Below are positions 30,657-42,300 of a stretch of DNA of 64,000 bases, one piece after another. This DNA is from an uncultured virus (IMG/VR IMGVR_UViG_3300009152_000029) (lineage: Duplodnaviria > Heunggongvirae > Uroviricota > Caudoviricetes). The stretch lies in the IMG/VR virus record IMGVR_UViG_3300009152_000029; one strand, given 5' to 3'. The position numbers and the translations under genes were made by a program. Below the pieces are notes generated by a model. The model had not been told where the DNA came from and ran no database searches. It saw only the letters and a list, made by a program, of their open reading frames with translations. How positions within the stretch are numbered: the stretch's first letter is position 1; each line of letters begins with the position of its first letter.

Positions 30657-33600
30657 ATGGCAATAAAGCGAAGTTTTATATTATCAAGCGGAATTGGAGT
30701 AAGTGCTGATAATCTTTTTGTTGTCAATAATACAAATTCAGTTTCATCTACCACTGGTTCTATTGTATTAAGTGGAGGAATTGGTATTGGTCAGTCTGCA
30801 TCTATAAGTGGTAGGTTGCAGATGTTCAATGGAGCAAATTACACTGCTTTTGTTTCTTCTGCTTCTGGCAATACAGTCTATACTTTACCAGCAACTAGTC
30901 CAGCTACAGGAAGTTCAGTATTACAATCCACTTCTGCTGGTGTATTGAGTTGGGTGCCTATGACTGTTACTGGGGGAAGTGCAGGCGGAGCTGGAACTGT
31001 CTACGATGGTTCACTCAATTCAATTCCATACTATCCTACTGCTGGAACTGCAATAACTGGTTCTTTAAGTTTTACAAATACTGGGACATCTATAAATATA
31101 GGCTACACAACTGCAGCCACAAATTCATCTTCAGGCGCTCTTACAATTGTTGGTGGAGTGGGAATTGGCGGTAGTTTATATGTTGCTGGTGATTTGACAA
31201 TAAATGGCACAACAACTACAATAAATTCAGTAACCTTGACCGTTGATGATAAAAATATTGAATTAGGTTCTGTTGTAACTCCATCCGACGTTACTGCTGA
31301 AGGTGGCGGTATAACTCTTCGTGGTGCTACTGATAAATCTATAAATTGGTATACAGGTACAGGTTGGTCATCTTCTGAATCTCTCAATTTAGCATCAGGT
31401 AATACATATAAAATAAATAATACCACTATTCTTTCTAGTTCATCTTTAGGAACAGGAGTAACAAATTCTAGTCTCACAGCTTTAGGCACAATTACTACTG
31501 GTGTTTGGTCTGGAACTTCAATTACAGCCTTTTATGGTGGCACTGGTCTCCAAACTACATTTACAGTAGGCGATATACTTTACGCAAATACTTCTTCTAC
31601 TTGGGCAAGATTAACTGCAAATTCAAATTCAGGTTATGTTTTAACTTCAGCTGGATCTGGTGCCACTCCAACATATGTAGCTCAATCAACATTATTTGTA
31701 GGAAATGCAACTTCTTCAGGAATTGCCACTACTGCTACAAATATAAATGTAATTTCAGCATCTACAAATGCAAATCACCCATTATTATTCACACCATCTT
31801 TTGGCTCGGCTTCTGGCTTAGCGGTATCTTCTAACACCACATTAGTATATAATCCATCTTCAGATATACTGAGCGTTTCTGGTGCTGCAATAACCTCAAC
31901 TACGGCATCAAATACAGCTTCAACAGGCTCTTTAGTTGTAACAGGCGGAGTTGGTATTGGTCAATCTGTAAGTGTTGGTGGAAGGATACAATTATTCAAT
32001 AGCTCAAACTACACTGCATTTGTTTCTTCTGCAACTGGCAACACAGTCTATACATTGCCAGCCACAAGTCCAGCAACAGGATCTTCAGTATTACAGTCTA
32101 CCGCTGCTGGTGTAATGAGCTGGGTGCCTATGACAGCTTCTGGAAATACAGCGCAAAATATTGTAGTAAACACAGCTGGAAACGCAAATGTTTTCCATCC
32201 AATTTTATTTACACCATCATCGTTATCTGCTGGCTCTGCTGTTTCAAGTGATTCAACAATATCATTTAATCCATCTACTGAAATATTACATGTTTCTGGA
32301 TTAGCAGTAACATCTACGACATCTTCAACATCATCTTCTACAGGCGCATTAGTCGTAAGCGGAGGAGTGGGAGTTCAAGGCGATTTATTTGTTGCTGCAA
32401 ATGCAAATACCAAATTAAGCATTATGCAGAGTTTTGGTGATGAAGGCGGAGAGATTTTCCTTAACAAGCCAGCTACCAACTCCACAATTACTAACGGTGT
32501 AACAATTGATATCTTCCAAAATAGACTTAGATTCTTTGAGCAAGGTGGTTCTGCAAGAGGTTTCTTTTTAGATATCACTACTGGTGGCAATGGCGTTGCA
32601 ACCAATATTATGGGGGGATCCAGTTCAGGCACAGTAAATAGTGGAACTGCGACCTATGCTGCTTTTTATCCAGCCTCATCTAATGCCGTTAGCGAAAATG
32701 CTAATTTACAGTTTACCGGCACTGGAATATCTATTGGTGGAAATATTGCCTCTACGTCTACTACATCAGGCTCTTTATGGGTATATGGTGGAGTAGGAAT
32801 TGGTCAGTCAGTTTCTGTTGGTGGAAGACTTCAATTATTTAATGGAGCAAATTACACAGCTTTTGTTTCATCTGCTACAGGTAATACAGTATATACATTA
32901 CCAGCAACATCTCCGGCTACTGGTTCATCAGTATTGCAATCCACTTCTGCTGGTGTAATGAGTTGGGTGCCGATGATTACTTCTGGAGGTTCTTCAGGTG
33001 GCGCTTTAGACGGAAGTGTTCAATATAAATCTGGTAGTGGGTTTGGTGGAACAAGAAGTTTATTCTTCAATACTACAACTAATGGCTTAAGATTAGGTAA
33101 TTTTCCAGGTGAAGAACTACCTACTTCTACTTCTGCTGCATTATTGATTGAACAAACAATTGGTTCTTTTAACGGAAGTGTTGATGGAACACTTATTGCT
33201 GCAAATGCAATATCAGCTTTTAATGGCGACTTAATAAATTTACAAAAAAATGCTGTTACTAGATTTAGAGTAGGCGCTGATGGAGGTATGGGAGTATCTA
33301 GCTTGAGTTCAAGTGGTAATGTTGTTATCACTTCAACTACAAACTCTTCATCTACAACTACTGGAGCATTAGTAGTAACAGGTGGAGTTGGTATTGGTGG
33401 AACTTTAAATATTGGATCAGATTTAAGTATCTCTGGCTTAACAACTCTTACATATACATCAGAAAAATTAACTACAAAAACATCTGCTACAGGAACAGTT
33501 ACACACGATTTGTCAACAGGTTCAATTTTTTATCACAGCTCTATTTCCAATAACTTTACAGCAAATATAACAAATGTTCCAACTACAAATGATAGAGCCA

Positions 33601-33803
33601 TTGGTGTGACTTTAGTATTAGCACAAGGTGTCACTCCTTATATGTCAACAGCACTTCAAATAGATGGTAGTGCGCAAACAATAAAATGGGTAAATAATAT
33701 TACCCCAACTGGAACGGCAAGTAAGGTTGATATAGTCGGTTTCAGTTTAATTAGAACTGGATCTGCTTGGACAGTTTTAGGTCAATATTCCACTTACGGA
33801 TAA
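30657..33803 (+). CDS. Tail fibre-like protein (~1048 aa)
   Basis: Probable start MAIKRSF at 30657; three NYTAFVSSA.GNTVYTLPATSPATGSSVLQST modules; DKNIELG module. Confidence 0.75.
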   Translation: MAIKRSFILSSGIGVSADNLFVVNNTNSVSSTTGSIVLSGGIGIGQSASISGRLQMFNGANYTAFVSSASGNTVYTLPATSPATGSSVLQSTSAGVLSWVPMTVTGGSAGGAGTVYDGSLNSIPYYPTAGTAITGSLSFTNTGTSINIGYTTAATNSSSGALTIVGGVGIGGSLYVAGDLTINGTTTTINSVTLTVDDKNIELGSVVTPSDVTAEGGGITLRGATDKSINWYTGTGWSSSESLNLASGNTYKINNTTILSSSSLGTGVTNSSLTALGTITTGVWSGTSITAFYGGTGLQTTFTVGDILYANTSSTWARLTANSNSGYVLTSAGSGATPTYVAQSTLFVGNATSSGIATTATNINVISASTNANHPLLFTPSFGSASGLAVSSNTTLVYNPSSDILSVSGAAITSTTASNTASTGSLVVTGGVGIGQSVSVGGRIQLFNSSNYTAFVSSATGNTVYTLPATSPATGSSVLQSTAAGVMSWVPMTASGNTAQNIVVNTAGNANVFHPILFTPSSLSAGSAVSSDSTISFNPSTEILHVSGLAVTSTTSSTSSSTGALVVSGGVGVQGDLFVAANANTKLSIMQSFGDEGGEIFLNKPATNSTITNGVTIDIFQNRLRFFEQGGSARGFFLDITTGGNGVATNIMGGSSSGTVNSGTATYAAFYPASSNAVSENANLQFTGTGISIGGNIASTSTTSGSLWVYGGVGIGQSVSVGGRLQLFNGANYTAFVSSATGNTVYTLPATSPATGSSVLQSTSAGVMSWVPMITSGGSSGGALDGSVQYKSGSGFGGTRSLFFNTTTNGLRLGNFPGEELPTSTSAALLIEQTIGSFNGSVDGTLIAANAISAFNGDLINLQKNAVTRFRVGADGGMGVSSLSSSGNVVITSTTNSSSTTTGALVVTGGVGIGGTLNIGSDLSISGLTTLTYTSEKLTTKTSATGTVTHDLSTGSIFYHSSISNNFTANITNVPTTNDRAIGVTLVLAQGVTPYMSTALQIDGSAQTIKWVNNITPTGTASKVDIVGFSLIRTGSAWTVLGQYSTYG

Positions 33804-33809
33804 AATATA

Positions 33810-34556
33810 ATGCCATTAAACACATTTTCCAGTCAACATAAACCTTTAAGTAGAATCTTTTCAACTCGTGTAGCAGTTGTTGGTTCTGGGTTAATTTGTC
33901 ACTTGAAAACAGCACCTCCTTCTGGCTCAACATGGACTGATGATGTAGGTAATAGTAATGCGACTTTAGCTAATAGTCCAACTTATTCCAGCAGTGACGG
34001 TGGATATATATCCTTAAATGGTTCTAATCAATACGTTATGACTTCAACATCCTTAAATGCGCAGATAAGTGGAACATCTCCTAATAAATCTACAGCCCAA
34101 TCAATTTTTATTTGGTGTTATCCTACTGAGCAAGGGGTTATTGTTTCTGAAATAGGCCAAGCTGTTGTAAACTCAGCTTGGCACGATTCAAACATTGAAA
34201 TATCAAGTGGTGGTCTAATATCTTTTAGTGTTTGGCATGGTAATTTAGTTAATAGAGTGACAAGTTCATCAAAATCTTTCAATACTTGGTATAACCTTGG
34301 CTGGACTTACTCTGGAACTACCCTTACTGCATATATTAATGGGGCATCAATCGGCACTGCAACTTTAACAAGACAAGCTCCTTTTAACAATGGCTTTAAT
34401 TTACATTATGCTTTAGGTGCTGAAGACGGTACAAATATGGGTGAGGGAAGTTATTGTGCTATGAGAGTAGGTAGTTTTCAAGTATACAACAGAGGATTGA
34501 CAGCTGACGAAGTAGCAACTAACTACAACACTTATAAAGCTATCTATGGGTTATAA
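33810..34556 (+). CDS. LamG/ConA-like lectin-fold protein 1
   Basis: LNGSNQY, WYNLGWTY...YING, QVYNRGLTADEV. Confidence 0.8.
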   Translation: MPLNTFSSQHKPLSRIFSTRVAVVGSGLICHLKTAPPSGSTWTDDVGNSNATLANSPTYSSSDGGYISLNGSNQYVMTSTSLNAQISGTSPNKSTAQSIFIWCYPTEQGVIVSEIGQAVVNSAWHDSNIEISSGGLISFSVWHGNLVNRVTSSSKSFNTWYNLGWTYSGTTLTAYINGASIGTATLTRQAPFNNGFNLHYALGAEDGTNMGEGSYCAMRVGSFQVYNRGLTADEVATNYNTYKAIYGL

Positions 34557-34559
34557 ATA

Positions 34560-35216
34560 ATGGGCATTGATATTGGACCTATCGAAGTTACTGATGGATT
34601 AATTGTTCAATTAGATGCTGGAAATACAAGAAGTTATTCAGGAGCTGGTTTTACTGCAAATGGATTAGTAGGTGGTATTGTTGGGACTCTTGTAAATGGA
34701 GTTGGATTTACCTCTTCTAATAATGGAAGTTTTATTTCTGATGGAACTAATGACTATATAAATTTTGGTAATAGTTCTACATTGCAACAATCTTCAGGCA
34801 CATTATCAGCTTGGACAAAAACAAGCGCACCAGGTGGAGGCTTTAGAGGCATTATTGCAAGACAAGGTGCTTATGGTTTTTTTTATAATGATAGTGTGTT
34901 AGTTGCCTATGATTGGGGTGGAAATCAAACAAGATCTACTGGTATTAATATTGCAGACAACACTTGGAAAAATGTAGTTATGACATATCAATCAGGAGTA
35001 AATGACGGAACAATTATTTACTTGAATGGAGTTTCAGTTTTAACTACTACTATAACTATTTCCAATTTTCCAACTGATTATTTGTTTGGTGGTGCAGAAG
35101 CTAATGCATCTCAATATGCTGCTTGTCAAATTTCTTCATTCAATATGTACAACCGAGCATTAACAGCCCAAGAAGTGTTACAAAACTACCACGCCACAAA
35201 AGGGAGATATAGATAA
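34560..35216 (+). CDS. LamG/ConA-like protein 2
   Basis: DGLIVQLDAGNTRSYSG...DGTNDY...YNRALTAQEV. Confidence 0.85.
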   Translation: MGIDIGPIEVTDGLIVQLDAGNTRSYSGAGFTANGLVGGIVGTLVNGVGFTSSNNGSFISDGTNDYINFGNSSTLQQSSGTLSAWTKTSAPGGGFRGIIARQGAYGFFYNDSVLVAYDWGGNQTRSTGINIADNTWKNVVMTYQSGVNDGTIIYLNGVSVLTTTITISNFPTDYLFGGAEANASQYAACQISSFNMYNRALTAQEVLQNYHATKGRYR

Positions 35217-35890
35217 TGGGGCTTGATCATTCTCCTATAATTGTCACTGATGGATTAGTGGGATATTGGGATGCAGCAAATCCAAGAAGTTATTCAGGAT
35301 CAGGCAATACTTGGTACGATTTGTCAAGAAACGCAAATAACTTAACTTTAACAAATTCCCCATCTTTTAATTCTTCTGGATATTTTTCAACAGGCGCAAC
35401 AGGTTATTTTACTGGAGCTGGAACTTCTTCTATTCCTGTAGCAAATGATAATTACTCTATGTTCTTATTTGCAAGACTTTCTTCTTGGGCAGATGGAAGA
35501 GGCTTGATTTCTATTGGTGGTTTTACTGTTTCCAATCAAAGCAATGCATTTAGAACATATACGGCTACTCTAGGAAATTTGACTCATTATTGGTGGGCTA
35601 ACGATTTAATATCATCTAACAATAATGGAAATATTCAAAATAATCAATGGTTTTACGCTGGAGTTACTTTTGATGGCACTACAAGAAAAATATATGCTAA
35701 TAATGTTCTTGTTGCTTCTGACACTCCAACAAGCCATAACGTAACTTCAACTACAATTCAACTAGCAAAAACTTATGCCACAGAATATCTACAAGGTGAT
35801 ATAAGTATTGCTAAAATTTACAATCGTGCTTTAACTGCATCAGAAATAGTACAAAATTATAATGCTACAAAAAGGAGATATGGACTTTAA
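35216..35890 (+). CDS. LamG/ConA-like protein 3
   Basis: DGLVGYWDAANPRSYSG...IYNRALTASEI. Confidence 0.85.
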   Translation: MGLDHSPIIVTDGLVGYWDAANPRSYSGSGNTWYDLSRNANNLTLTNSPSFNSSGYFSTGATGYFTGAGTSSIPVANDNYSMFLFARLSSWADGRGLISIGGFTVSNQSNAFRTYTATLGNLTHYWWANDLISSNNNGNIQNNQWFYAGVTFDGTTRKIYANNVLVASDTPTSHNVTSTTIQLAKTYATEYLQGDISIAKIYNRALTASEIVQNYNATKRRYGL

Positions 35891-36585
35891 TGGGCATTGA
35901 TTATAATAATATAATTGTTTCTGATGGATTAGTATTGTATCTTGATGCAGCTAATCCAAGATGCTATTCAGGAACAGGTCTAACAGCTAATGGACTTGTT
36001 GGCGGAATAGGTGGAACTCTTGTAAATGGTGTTGGATTTACTTCATCAAATAATGGAAGTTTTATTTTCGATGGGACAAATGATTATGTAGATTGTGGAA
36101 ATTTTCTTGATAATCCCACAAATTTTACAGTAGTAGCTTGGCAAAAAACATCTGCAATCACTAATGTACAAATGATAGTTGCAAAATTGGTAAACTATGG
36201 TAGTGGAGCTGGTTGGGCAATGTTTGTTCGAGGAGATATTCCTACACAAGGATTAAGTATTTTATTACAAACTGATGGAAGTAGATGGATTATATATTAT
36301 TGTAGTAAATTAATTAATGATAATGTCTGGCATCACGTTGCTGTAGTAATTACAAATAAAGTTGCGACAGATTTATTTGTTGATGGAATTTCTTATTCAA
36401 TTTCGAATGGCGGAGGATCTCCTATCACAACCATAAGTAATTCTATTAATGTTCGAATTGCCAGAGATGAAGCTAATGAATTTATTTTTAATGGAAATAT
36501 ATCACAAGTTCAGCTATTTGATAGAGCTTTATCTGCCCAAGAAATAAAGCAAAATTATAATGCCACAAAAGGAAGATACAGATAA
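35890..36585 (+). CDS. LamG/ConA-like protein 4
   Basis: DGLVLYLDAAN...WHHVAVV...FDRALSAQEI. Confidence 0.85.
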   Translation: MGIDYNNIIVSDGLVLYLDAANPRCYSGTGLTANGLVGGIGGTLVNGVGFTSSNNGSFIFDGTNDYVDCGNFLDNPTNFTVVAWQKTSAITNVQMIVAKLVNYGSGAGWAMFVRGDIPTQGLSILLQTDGSRWIIYYCSKLINDNVWHHVAVVITNKVATDLFVDGISYSISNGGGSPITTISNSINVRIARDEANEFIFNGNISQVQLFDRALSAQEIKQNYNATKGRYR

Positions 36586-37247
36586 TGGGAATTTCTGCTG
36601 GACCAAACTCTATATCTGATGGATTAGTTTTTCAATTAGACGCTTCTAACTTAAGAAGTTACTCTGGATCTGGCTTAACTTCTAATGGTTTAGTGGGTGG
36701 AATTGGTGGAACTCTCGTAAATGGTGTTGGATTTAGTAGTGCAAATAATGGGAGTTTTATCTTTGATGGTACTAATGATTATATCAATGTACCTTCACTA
36801 ACATCAATATCAGGAGATTTTACAGTCACTTTATGGTTTAAGCCTTCATCTTCAAATGGTATTGTTGCAAGACTTATAGAATTTGATTATATCAATGGGT
36901 TTTGGTTAGGAAGAAGCATTACAACTCCTTCTTATTGGGGTGGAGGTATAAGAGAAACAAGTGGTGACTATGGAATTTTTTTACCATTTGCAGATAATGA
37001 ATGGCATTATTTAGTTTCGGTAAGAAGCAGTACAACACATTATATTTACAGAGATGGAATTGCAAATTTTACTTTAAATACAGTTTCTAGTAATGTATTA
37101 ACTAGTAATGGTCTTTTAATTGGATTTTCTGGTGGCGGTTTTTATTTTAACGGAAATATATCTCAAGTTCAAATTTTTAACAGAGCATTATCAGCCACAG
37201 AAATTCAACAAAACTTTAATGCTATGCGTGAACGGTATAACATTTGA
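36585..37247 (+). CDS. LamG/ConA-like protein 5
   Basis: DGLVFQLDASN...WHYLVSV...FNRALSATEI. Confidence 0.85.
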   Translation: MGISAGPNSISDGLVFQLDASNLRSYSGSGLTSNGLVGGIGGTLVNGVGFSSANNGSFIFDGTNDYINVPSLTSISGDFTVTLWFKPSSSNGIVARLIEFDYINGFWLGRSITTPSYWGGGIRETSGDYGIFLPFADNEWHYLVSVRSSTTHYIYRDGIANFTLNTVSSNVLTSNGLLIGFSGGGFYFNGNISQVQIFNRALSATEIQQNFNAMRERYNI

Positions 37248-37248
37248 T

Positions 37249-37905
37249 ATGGGACTTGCACATTCTCCAAGCATTATATCTGATGGATTAATATTTTATC
37301 TTGATGCTGCTAATAGAAGAAGCTATTCTGGTAGTGGTTTAACATTCTATGATTTATATGCTGGAACAGGTGCAACACTCATTAATGGTGTTGGTTTTAC
37401 AAGTTCTAATAATGGCAGTTTTATATTTGATGGGACTAATGACCACATAGCATTAGGTAGAAGAAATGATATTCAAGGTACAAATATAACTTTATCTGTA
37501 TGGGCTAAATTTGCAAGTTTGACTTCAGGGGATGTTGCAGTCTGTTTTGGTTGGACTGATGGAGTGAATTGGAGACAAGGAAATTATATTGGAACAATTG
37601 GCGGAGTAATTCGCTCTTATCCTACCGCTATGGCATATACAGCAAATACCAATCAATGGTATCACGTTACAATTACTTCAATATCAAATGCAAATAATCT
37701 TTATATAAATGGAATTGGTGTTTCATCAGTCAATACACCTATAGTTTATGAAACTACTAATATGCTTTCTTTAGGTTGGGGAGGCACAGGATATGGTTCG
37801 TATTCAAATAGCACTGTTGCATTGGCTCAAATCTACAACCGAGCTTTAACAGAACAAGAAATTCTCCAAAATTATAACGCTACAAGAAAGAGATTTGGAT
37901 TGTAA
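37249..37905 (+). CDS. LamG/ConA-like protein 6
   Basis: Probable start MGLAHSP at 37249; WYHVTIT...YNRALTEQEI. Confidence 0.85.
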   Translation: MGLAHSPSIISDGLIFYLDAANRRSYSGSGLTFYDLYAGTGATLINGVGFTSSNNGSFIFDGTNDHIALGRRNDIQGTNITLSVWAKFASLTSGDVAVCFGWTDGVNWRQGNYIGTIGGVIRSYPTAMAYTANTNQWYHVTITSISNANNLYINGIGVSSVNTPIVYETTNMLSLGWGGTGYGSYSNSTVALAQIYNRALTEQEILQNYNATRKRFGL

Positions 37906-38570
37906 TGGCAGTAGGATATAACCCAAGCATTGTATCAGATGGATTAGTGCTATATCTTGATGCAGTAAATCTAAGAAGTTATTCTGGATCAGGAAATACT
38001 TGGTATGACTTAAGTAGAAGTTCAAACACTAGTACCCTAACAAATGGAGCTTCATATGTTGGTTCTGGTAGCTCATCATATATTTCCTTTGATGGCTCAA
38101 ATGATTATGTCATTGTAAATTCTAGTGCTAACACTCTTTCAAAAACAGAATACACAAAGATAGCATATATTTATGTAACAAATTTTTCAACTTCAAACAA
38201 TATTATAAGTGGTGGAAATACTGCACAACACGCATTTTGGCTTTTTGCATCTAATAAATTAAATGCTGGGCATAATAATGTTTGGAATACAGTAGTTGGT
38301 TCAACAACACTATCACTGAATAGATGGTATTTTTGCGCAGTTACATACAGCAGCACATCAGGCTGGAAACTATATCTAAATGGTACTCAAGATGGAACAA
38401 GTGCTAATACCACAGCTTTTACCGGAAGCCAAGACATAAATATTGGTTCATATGACAATGGTAATAATTTTACAGGAAGAATTGCTGGGGCTCTTATTTA
38501 CAACAGAGCCCTCACACAACAAGAAATATTGCAAAATTTCAATGCTACAAGATTTAGATATGGAATATAA
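37905..38570 (+). CDS. LamG/ConA-like protein 7
   Basis: DGLVLYLDAVN...WYFCAVTY...YNRALTQQEI. Confidence 0.85.
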   Translation: MAVGYNPSIVSDGLVLYLDAVNLRSYSGSGNTWYDLSRSSNTSTLTNGASYVGSGSSSYISFDGSNDYVIVNSSANTLSKTEYTKIAYIYVTNFSTSNNIISGGNTAQHAFWLFASNKLNAGHNNVWNTVVGSTTLSLNRWYFCAVTYSSTSGWKLYLNGTQDGTSANTTAFTGSQDINIGSYDNGNNFTGRIAGALIYNRALTQQEILQNFNATRFRYGI

Positions 38571-38633
38571 GAAATATTTTATAACAAAGATGCAGAATAA
38601 AATAAAAAGCATTCTCCTTTCAAAAATAATTAA

Positions 38634-39377
38634 ATGGCGATAAATTTCCCCTCAGGTCCAAGCACTAATCAGGTTTACACAGAAAGCGGTAAAACCTGGC
38701 GCTATGATGGCACTGCTTGGCGTACACAAAATGTTACAGCAATTACAGCAGGCGGTACAGGCCTAACAAGTATATCTGCTGGAAACGCTTTATTAAGTTC
38801 AAATAGTGGCGCTTCAGGTTTAGTATATAGAACACTCATTGCTGGCTCAGGAATTTCATTTTCCTTTGGCGCCAACGATATTACTCTTACATCTACACCT
38901 GCAGGATCAATTACAGGCTCGGGCACATCAGCATATATTCCATTATTTGATGCCGGGGGAACACAACTCACAGATTCAGTAATGCAGCAGTTTGGAACTA
39001 CTATTATTGTTGGCGGAAGTATAAAGGCTCAAACAAAAAGCTTTAAAATCCAACATCCCTTAGACCCAAATAAGTATCTGGAACACGGATCTTTAGAGGG
39101 ACCAGAACACGGAATATATCAAAGAGGAAGAGCATCAGGATATGAGAGTGTTTCTGTTGCATTACCTAACTATTTTAAAGCATTATCTGAAAATGAAATC
39201 ACTGTTCATATAACTTCCCGAGTAAATGATTCTTTATTTGTTTCTAAAAGTGACAATTCTGAATTCAAAGTTCAAAGGGTAAGAAGGAACCTATTACGTA
39301 AACAATATATTGAATTCGATTATTTTGTAGTCGGAGAGAGAACGGATATCAAATTAATTGTAGAGCAACCTAAATAA
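38634..39377 (+). CDS. Short fibre-like protein with C-terminal KSF.I.HP/LEGPE domain
   Basis: N-terminus homologous to 22486; C-terminus TKSFKIQHP...HGSLEGPEHGIYQRG. Confidence 0.7.
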   Translation: MAINFPSGPSTNQVYTESGKTWRYDGTAWRTQNVTAITAGGTGLTSISAGNALLSSNSGASGLVYRTLIAGSGISFSFGANDITLTSTPAGSITGSGTSAYIPLFDAGGTQLTDSVMQQFGTTIIVGGSIKAQTKSFKIQHPLDPNKYLEHGSLEGPEHGIYQRGRASGYESVSVALPNYFKALSENEITVHITSRVNDSLFVSKSDNSEFKVQRVRRNLLRKQYIEFDYFVVGERTDIKLIVEQPK

Positions 39378-39392
39378 TATGGAGTAGAAAAC

Positions 39393-42300
39393 ATGGGAGA
39401 TCAAAATCCTCAAGACTTTGCAGAAAAAGTCTTACAATCCTTAAAAAAATCTAATAGAGCAGTTGACATATCAGAACAACCTGAAGTTGTTAAAGTTCAA
39501 GAACCTGAAGTTGTAAAAGTTCAAGAACCTGAAGTTGTAAAAGTTCAATCTGCAGATTTTAGAGCCTTAGGTCAACCATCTGGGTCAGGAGGTGGTCCTG
39601 GCGCTGGTGGTAATAAAGACATTGTAATCATTCCAGGTTACGGTGGCGCTGCAGCTACTTCTGTCTCTCAAATAAACTTTTATTGGAATGCTCCAACTAC
39701 ACCAGACTCCACAGGTGTAGATACTAATGTAAGATCCACCATCTACAATTATGCAACAACAGGTACTCAGCCAGTTTTAGCATTTGGTGGATACGATGGA
39801 GCAACTTTATACAAACCTTTCCCTAATTATGGCGGTGGTACTGGTGTAACTGCAAAAATTTGGATTTATCCTACTCTTGGTAGAATGGATACAGATTATA
39901 TGTATTTCAACGTTGGTACTGGTGCTACCAATGATAATGGTGCGTTGTACTATGATTCTACAGGATTAAGATTAAGATTTGGCCTTGGTAGTGGAACAGC
40001 AAAAACAATTGCTTATACGGATGACATTCCAACAATTGCTGCCATCGCAACAACTGCTGCAAGTATTTTTGTATCAGTTACTGATGCTAATGCTACTCAT
40101 TACCCATTGTTCGCAAATGCTACTAATGGATCAGGTTTAGGTGCATCAACAGACTCAAACCTTACTTACAATCCTTCGACAAATACCTTAACAGTAGGTG
40201 CTGTTTCTTCTGCATTTACAGGAAACTTGACAGGTTTTGCAACAACTGCTACAAGTACAAGTGTAACAACAACTAATGCTGACAACCCTCATTATATTAT
40301 TTTTGTAAATGCAGTTTCTGGCGCAGGTCTTGGGCAATCAACAGACTCAAACTTAACATATAATCCCAACTCAAATGCCTTAACTGCTGGCTCATTCTCT
40401 GGTTCGCTGGTAGGTAACGTAACAGGAAATGTCACTGGTTTTGCTACAACTGCTACTAGTGTAAATGTTGCAGCGGGTGCTGCAAATGCTTCACATTTTG
40501 TAACATTCACAACAGGTACTTCAGGCTCTGGATTAGCAGTATCTGCTGATACTCAGTTGACTTACAACCCATCGACAGATACATTAAGCTCAACAAATAT
40601 CTCAGCAACAACAGTTACAGCATCATTGTCTGGCAACGTAACAGGTAATGTAACTGGTTTTGCTACAACTGCTGCCAGTACAAACGTTGCTTTAGGTGCT
40701 TTGAATGCTTCACATTTCATTACCTTTGTAACAGCTTCTTCTGGTGCTGGTTTAGCAGTATCAGCTGACACTCAATTGACTTATAATCCTTCAACAGATA
40801 CTTTAAGTTCAACAAACATTTCAGCAACAACTGTAACAGCTTCATTAAGTGGCAATGTAACAGGCAATGTAACAGGAAATGTCACAGGTTTTGCTACAAC
40901 TGCTACTAGTACAAGCGTTTCAGCTACAAATGCTAACCAAACTCACTTTATTACATTTGTAAATGCTTCTGCAGCATCAGGATTAGGACAATCTACTGAC
41001 ACAGATTTTACCTATAATCCATCAACAAATGTATTGACAGCTGGTTCTTTCTCTGGCCCTCTTACAGGAAATGTAACAGGAAATGTAACAGGTTTTGCTA
41101 CAACTGCTACTAGCATCAATGTAGCAGCTGGAGCAGCTGCCGCAAGTCATTTTGTTTTATTCTCACCAACACAAACTGGCTCTGGTGTTGCAGTATCTAC
41201 AGACTCAACTCTGTTCTACAATCCAAACACAGACACACTTTCCGCTACAAACTTCAGCGGTGCATTTAGTGGTACTATTAGTGGCGTTGCTTCAACTGCA
41301 AACAATGTAGGATTGCAGTCAGCTGCAGAAAATTCAACACATTATCTTGTGTTTTCTGCTTTGCAAAGTTCGACTGCAGGTGCTGGCGCTGCGTTATCAA
41401 CTGATGTCTCAATTACACTAAACCCATCAACTAATGCAATGTCTATAGGCACTGGACAATTAACTGCAAATGGTGTAATTGTCGGTAGTTCTTCAAATAC
41501 AATCAACACAACGTCAGGAAACTTAACTCTGGACTCTGTAGGTGGCCAAACAAATGTAAATGACAACTTAGTTATTACAGGTAACTTAACAGTTCAAGGT
41601 ACGACAGTTACAGTTGACTCAACAGTTTCAACAATAGTAGACCCTGTTATTGTTATTGGTTCTGGAGTTGGTGGAACTCACTCAACTTTAGACAATAACC
41701 AAGATAGAGGTATTGAGTTTAGATGGTCTAATGCTGGTACAGCTACTACTGGTTTCTTTGGATTCAATGACACTGATGGTAAGTTCAGATTCATTCCAAA
41801 CGCAACAACAACTGCTGGTTCAAATATATATTCAGGCACTGCAGGAACCGCAGTATTCTTTGCTATTGAGGCGACATTAGCTGGTAACGCTGCAGGAACC
41901 GCTGCAACCTATACCAATTTCTTTGGTACTCTTGTTGGAAATGTAACTGGTAATGTTACAGGATTTGCTCAAACTGCTAATAGTACGAACGTAACAGTAA
42001 CTGATGCTAACCAAACTCACTTTGTCACATTTGTAAATGCTTCATCCGGTTCAGGGTTAGGTCAATCTGCTGATACCAGCTTAACATATAACCCATCATC
42101 CAATACTTTGACAGCAGGTCTCTTTTCAGGCCCACTAACTGGCAATGTAACAGGCAATGTAACTGGTTTTGCTACAACTGCTACTAGTGTGAATATAGCT
42201 CTTGGTGCAGCTAATGCTACACATTTTGTAACATTCAGCACAGGTTCAAGTGGTGCAGGTTTAGCAGTATCTGCTGATACTCAATTGACTTACAATCCAT

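Noticed and set aside
37120..37248. Extended N-terminus of LamG protein 6 in the ORF track
   Set aside because: It overlaps the previous paralogue; homology with the other paralogues begins at ATG 37249.
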